DNA of 63,192 nt, filler included, from Octopus bimaculoides (lineage: Eukaryota): NCBI RefSeq assembly GCF_001194135.2. It is 8 parts of 8 records of this genome, joined end to end, with 100 filler letters (N's around TTAATTAATTAA, not from the genome) between each part and the next. Parts side by side here need not be neighbours in the genome. Positions count along the whole stretch, not along the records: positions 61,128 to 63,192 come from NW_026405315.1; 7 more parts are not named here. One strand, written 5' to 3'. The position numbers and the translations under genes are program-made. Shown in pieces: positions 62,760-63,192 of the stretch. Position 1 is the stretch's first letter; each line of letters starts with the position of its first letter. The notes under the pieces are model-generated. The model had not been told where the DNA came from and did not search any database. It saw only the letters and a program-made list of their open reading frames with translations.

Positions 62760-63192
62760 TGATGATATCATAAGCCTGCAAAATGACCTAAATGCAATAT
62801 ACAAGTGGGCAGAGCAAAATAATATGCAGTTCAATGCAAAAAAAATTTCAAGTACTGCGCTACAAGGCCACAAGTGCCCCCCAACCAGCATACACAGGAC
62901 CTGGAGGTACTGCAATCCCAGAACCACAAACAGTAAGAGACCTGGGCATCAACATGAGTAGTGATGCATCATTTCACATACACATTGTCAAGTTGACAGC
63001 AAAGTGCAGACAACTGGCAGGGTGGATACTGAGGACATTCCGAACAAGGGATCAAAAAGTCATGTTGACTCTATGGAAGACATTTGTTCTGAGCTGCCTA
63101 GACTATTTCTCTCAGTTGTGGTCACCACACAGTATCAAGCGAACAGCAGAACTTGAGGCAATTCAGCGTCACTATACAAAAAAGATCGCCAC
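62760..63192 (+). mobile_element. CR1-clade LINE RT C-terminal region (one frameshift), runs off the window
   Basis: LQNDLNAIYKWAEQNNMQFNA.KFQVLRY...VRDLGINMSSDASF..HI...GWILRTF.TRD...LWKTFVLS.LDY.SQLWSP...LEAIQR.YTKKI. Confidence 0.9.

Overview
AT-rich, gap-riddled, repeat-dominated animal genomic DNA. The SINE/LINE repertoire points to an octopus, probably a chromosome-level Octopus assembly; this is inference from repeat motifs I recognise, not a database result. No confident host protein-coding gene is present; the best candidate is one possible exon carrying an 11-aa repeat at ~60.7-61.0 kb. The window contains: (i) fragments of Penelope-like elements (PLEs) of two types; (ii) RTE, CR1 and R4/Dong-like LINE fragments; (iii) three tRNA-derived SINE families; (iv) Tigger/pogo, mariner and piggyBac-like DNA transposon relics; (v) two non-autonomous Helitron-like elements; (vi) many micro- and minisatellites. 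The main results from reading the sequence by hand are these. There are at least ten type-I hammerhead ribozyme (HHR) motifs, five with an intact catalytic core. One has an 84-nt structured insertion in stem II. One pair forms a head-to-head retrozyme-like dimer. One PLE is flanked by HHRs of opposite polarity. There is also a 1.44-kb ORF1-only retroelement inserted with a 16-bp TSD into the tRNA-like head of a SINE. Seven N-padded TTAATTAATTAA linkers are assembly artefacts, so adjacency across them is uncertain. All calls were made by eye; none has been verified by search or folding software.
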